From: Candidatus Pacearchaeota archaeon
Lineage (GTDB): Archaea > Nanobdellota > Nanobdellia > Pacearchaeales > GW2011-AR1
NCBI GenBank assembly: GCA_050124795.1
Contig: JASFEO010000002.1
Coordinates: 26,797-90,796, forward strand
Length of the DNA stretch: 64,000 nt
Direction: 5' to 3'
This document shows positions 60,842 to 64,000 of this stretch, one piece after another. The first letter of the stretch is position 1, and every line of letters begins with the position of its first letter. The translations under genes and the position numbers were made by a program. The notes under the pieces were generated by a model. It ran no database searches. It saw only the letters and a list, made by a program, of their open reading frames with translations, and was not told the DNA's origin.

Positions 60842-61216
60842 TTAAAAATCTTTAAACATCCCCAAATCATTAGCAAGTGAACCAATCTTTTTTCTAATCT
60901 CCTTTCTTTGCTTATGTAATCTTGCAAGTTCACTAAGTCTTCTTTCTTCCTCTCTTTGATTTGTCATTTTTTGATTAACTCTCATTAAAAGACCAGATTG
61001 CAGTCTTATATCTAATCCATCAGAAGATCTAAAGAAATGGATTGCTTCTCTCCACCTACCATATCTATTAAGATATTCTTCACTATAGATATTCCCTCTG
61101 ATAAATATCTTCCCTTCAGGAGTTTTAATATCATAAAATTTTTCAAAATCTAAAGGGAGTCCTCCGAGTTTGAGATTAGAATCTATTTGCAATTCCTGAT
61201 AATTTTTCTGGCTCAT
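60842..61216 (-). CDS. hypothetical protein
   Basis: 124 aa. Confidence 0.35.
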   Translation of the reverse strand: MSQKNYQELQIDSNLKLGGLPLDFEKFYDIKTPEGKIFIRGNIYSEEYLNRYGRWREAIHFFRSSDGLDIRLQSGLLMRVNQKMTNQREEERRLSELARLHKQRKEIRKKIGSLANDLGMFKDF

Positions 61217-61315
61217 GTTCTTTAATAGTTATATCACTATATAAGTTTTTATATAATAATCTTCTCAAAACTAAAACATCCAAATCTTTTTATACTCAAA
61301 ATTTTTATTTTTTTA

Positions 61316-61987
61316 ATGAAAGAATTTGAACTTGGAATTGACGACGCAGGAAGAGGCCCTGTAATCGGCCCAATGGTTCTCGCAGGATGTTTAATTGACA
61401 AAAATACCGCAGCAAATTTTAGAAAACTCGGTGTAAAAGATTCTAAAGACTTAACCCACAAAAGAAGAGAGTTGTTAGTTGGAAAAATAAAAGAGCAAGC
61501 TGAAACTTTTGAAATTGTTCTTGCAACACCAAATGAAATCGACGGAAACTTTAATGGCGGCTCAAACCTAAACAAGCTTGAAGCAAAAAAAATGGCAGAA
61601 GTAATAAACAAAATAAACAAAGGTTATGCAAAAATAAAAGTCATAATCGACTGCCCCTCTGTCACAATCTCTGTATGGACTGACTACTTAAAAACCCACA
61701 TAAAAAATTTATCAAACTTGGAAATTATTTGCGAGCATAAAGCAGATAAGAACCACATCTCTGTTTCTGCAGCCTCAATAATCGCAAAGCACATCCGCGA
61801 AATTGAAATGACAAAACTCAAAGAAAAATACGGACCTGAAATCGGCTCAGGATATTGCTCAGACCCTTTAACAATAAAATTCCTAGAAAAACACGCAATA
61901 AAACATGAACACGATGGAATCTTTAGAAAAACCTGGGCAACATGGAAAACAATTTGCCAGAATATAAATCAGAGAAAGTTGTTTTGA
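61316..61987 (+). CDS. rnhB: ribonuclease HII
   Basis: 223 aa; GIDDAGRGPVIGPMVLAG; DSKDLT. Confidence 0.85.
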   Translation: MKEFELGIDDAGRGPVIGPMVLAGCLIDKNTAANFRKLGVKDSKDLTHKRRELLVGKIKEQAETFEIVLATPNEIDGNFNGGSNLNKLEAKKMAEVINKINKGYAKIKVIIDCPSVTISVWTDYLKTHIKNLSNLEIICEHKADKNHISVSAASIIAKHIREIEMTKLKEKYGPEIGSGYCSDPLTIKFLEKHAIKHEHDGIFRKTWATWKTICQNINQRKLF

Positions 61988-61991
61988 AAAT

Positions 61992-62441
61992 ATGTTTGAA
62001 ATTACACCGCCAAAAACCATAGAAAAAAAATCCGATGGAGGTTATGATTTTTTTCATGAAGAATTTTTCAAATTAATTGACAAGTTAGAGAATCAAATGG
62101 CTTCTTTAAGATTTTTTAACGCCCTTTATGATGAATGTTTAGGAGTAATTAATTGTTATGGGATAAAAGTTGATTTTTTAGGAAGAGAAATTGCATTTTC
62201 AGTAGAAGACACTAACTTAGGATTGGGATTATATTTAGAACATCAAAAGAAATTTTTTTCTAGAGAAATAATTATAGATTTTAGTAATGAAAGTGATGGT
62301 ATAGAAAGAATTCTTTGCATGAGTAAAATAAAAGATAATTTCTTTTCTCAATTAAGGCCTTATGGACTCCATTTTCAAAATGCCCGCGGGGATATATTAA
62401 AAGAACACAATTATGACAAACTTTTTGAAGAAGATAATTAA
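61992..62441 (+). CDS. hypothetical protein
   Basis: 149 aa. Confidence 0.3.
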   Translation: MFEITPPKTIEKKSDGGYDFFHEEFFKLIDKLENQMASLRFFNALYDECLGVINCYGIKVDFLGREIAFSVEDTNLGLGLYLEHQKKFFSREIIIDFSNESDGIERILCMSKIKDNFFSQLRPYGLHFQNARGDILKEHNYDKLFEEDN

Positions 62442-62504
62442 ATCTCATTTTTTAAAATCTAATATTAATTAAAATTTTAAAAACCCCAACTCCCTTTCTT
62501 CTTT

Positions 62505-64000
62505 ATGACCTTTATAAAAAAATTAGTGATGCATGGTTTCAAAAGTTTTGCAAGAAAAACAGAACTCCCATTTACCCCCGGAATCAATGTTATCCTTGGA
62601 CCAAATGGTTCAGGAAAAAGTAATGTTTCAGATGCTCTGTGTTTTGTCCTCGGTAGATTAAGCATAAAATCAATGCGCGCAGCAAAAGCAAAAAATTTAA
62701 TTTTCCTTGGAACAAAAGTTGCAGCACCATCAAAAGAAGCTTCTGTTGAAATTGTTTTTGATAATTCTTCAAATAGTTTCACAATAGAAGAAAAAGATGT
62801 TTCAATAAAAAGAATTGTAAGGCGCAACGGCCAAAGCATTTACAAAATAAATAATCAAACAAAAACACGCCAGGAAGTTTTAAGTTTATTAGCTCAGGCA
62901 GGAATTGACCCAAATGGTTTTAACATAATCCTGCAGGGAGAAATCCAGAACTTTGTAAAAATGATGCCAGAGGAGCGAAGAAAAGTAATTGAAGAAGTCG
63001 CAGGAATTTCAATTTATGAATCACGAAAAGAAAAATCATTAAAAGAATTAAATAAAACTGAGGAGAGATTAAAAGAAGTCAATGCGATTCTTAGAGAGAG
63101 AACTGCTTATTTAAATAATTTAGAAAAAGAAAGACAGCAGGCATTAAGATTTAAAAAAATTGAAGAAGATATAAAAAAATTCAAGGCAAGTATTATTTTT
63201 CAGAATTTAAAATTAAAGAAAAAAGATTTGGAAGTTATCGGGGGAAATATTAATAAAAAAAATAATGAAAAAGAAAAAATAAAAACAGGCATAAAAAATT
63301 TAGAAAAGAAAATATTTGAGAACAATTCAAAAGTCGATTCAATCAACCAGACTATAAAAAAGCAAACAGGATATGAACAGGAAAAATTAAATCAGGAAAT
63401 CGCCAACTTAAGAGCAGAACTTGCAGGCTTAAATGTGAATTTATCAAACCTTGAAAATAAATTATCTTCTATAAAAAAGGAAAGAGAAGAATCAAAAAAT
63501 TCAATTGAAGAAAATGAAATTTCAATTAGGGAACTAAAAAAAGAATCCCCGACTTTGGCAAAAAAAGAAAAAGAGGTGGAGGCAAAAAAACAAAGACTTG
63601 AAGAACTTGAAAAAATCAGAAAAAAGTTTTACATGACAAAGTCTGAATTAAAATCTTTAAGAGACAGAATTAGTGATAAAAAAACTCTTCTTCAAAATTA
63701 CACAGATGAATCAGATTTTTTAATTAAACAAATTGAAAAAATTTCTCTTGAGTTGTTTGACAAAAAAACAAACAAGGAAAAACTTGAAGACTTAAAATTT
63801 TCATTAAAAGAAAAAAAAGAATTATTAGAAGAACTCAGGCGCGAAGAAATTAATTTAGAAAAAACTTCTTCAACAAATGAATATGAAATTGACAAGCAAA
63901 AAAAATTAATCGACACTGTTTCAAAAATGGATATTTGTCCCGTGTGCAAAAATAAAATCACAAACCAACATGTTCATTCAATAAATAAAGAAACAAATGA
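62505..64000 (+). CDS. smc: chromosome segregation protein SMC (N-terminal part, continues past window)
   Basis: Walker A GPNGSGKSN; MHGFKSFA start; long coiled coil. Confidence 0.85.
   Translation, partial: MTFIKKLVMHGFKSFARKTELPFTPGINVILGPNGSGKSNVSDALCFVLGRLSIKSMRAAKAKNLIFLGTKVAAPSKEASVEIVFDNSSNSFTIEEKDVSIKRIVRRNGQSIYKINNQTKTRQEVLSLLAQAGIDPNGFNIILQGEIQNFVKMMPEERRKVIEEVAGISIYESRKEKSLKELNKTEERLKEVNAILRERTAYLNNLEKERQQALRFKKIEEDIKKFKASIIFQNLKLKKKDLEVIGGNINKKNNEKEKIKTGIKNLEKKIFENNSKVDSINQTIKKQTGYEQEKLNQEIANLRAELAGLNVNLSNLENKLSSIKKEREESKNSIEENEISIRELKKESPTLAKKEKEVEAKKQRLEELEKIRKKFYMTKSELKSLRDRISDKKTLLQNYTDESDFLIKQIEKISLELFDKKTNKEKLEDLKFSLKEKKELLEELRREEINLEKTSSTNEYEIDKQKKLIDTVSKMDICPVCKNKITNQHVHSINKETN

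Overview
This is an AT-rich (about 30% GC) chromosomal segment from an archaeon, most likely a DPANN-type lineage. The archaeal gene set and very short gene spacing support that call. Two-thirds of the window is dense housekeeping coding: ribosomal proteins L1/P0/P1, L11, L37Ae and L40e; SecE and Spt5; aIF5A; FtsZ, SepF and MinD; PCNA; a family-B DNA polymerase; MetRS; RNase HII; SMC; TYW1; and the RmlA/B/D dTDP-sugar genes. There are five tRNAs: Pro-UGG, Ser-GCU, initiator Met, Arg-GCG and Ser-GGA. The accessory third contains a VapBC pair, a large minus-strand cluster of type-IV-pilin-like proteins with Cys-rich secreted proteins (34.7-44.0 kb), S-layer-like and acidic surface proteins, and several blocks of paralogous small unknown genes. 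The main finding is a diversity-generating retroelement (DGR). An 87-nt template repeat (TR, 17432-17518) and an 87-nt variable repeat (VR, 17018-17104, the last 29 codons of ORF 16466-17119) differ at 16 positions, and every one is an adenine in TR. A reverse transcriptase with the DGR-type LGNLTSQ motif lies 5.5 kb upstream (10625-11892). It has an unusual layout, an apparent frameshift in a T5 run, and a (TC)13 microsatellite inside a 38-aa insertion. No CRISPR arrays or rRNA genes were seen. All calls come from reading the sequence and motif recognition; no searches were run.
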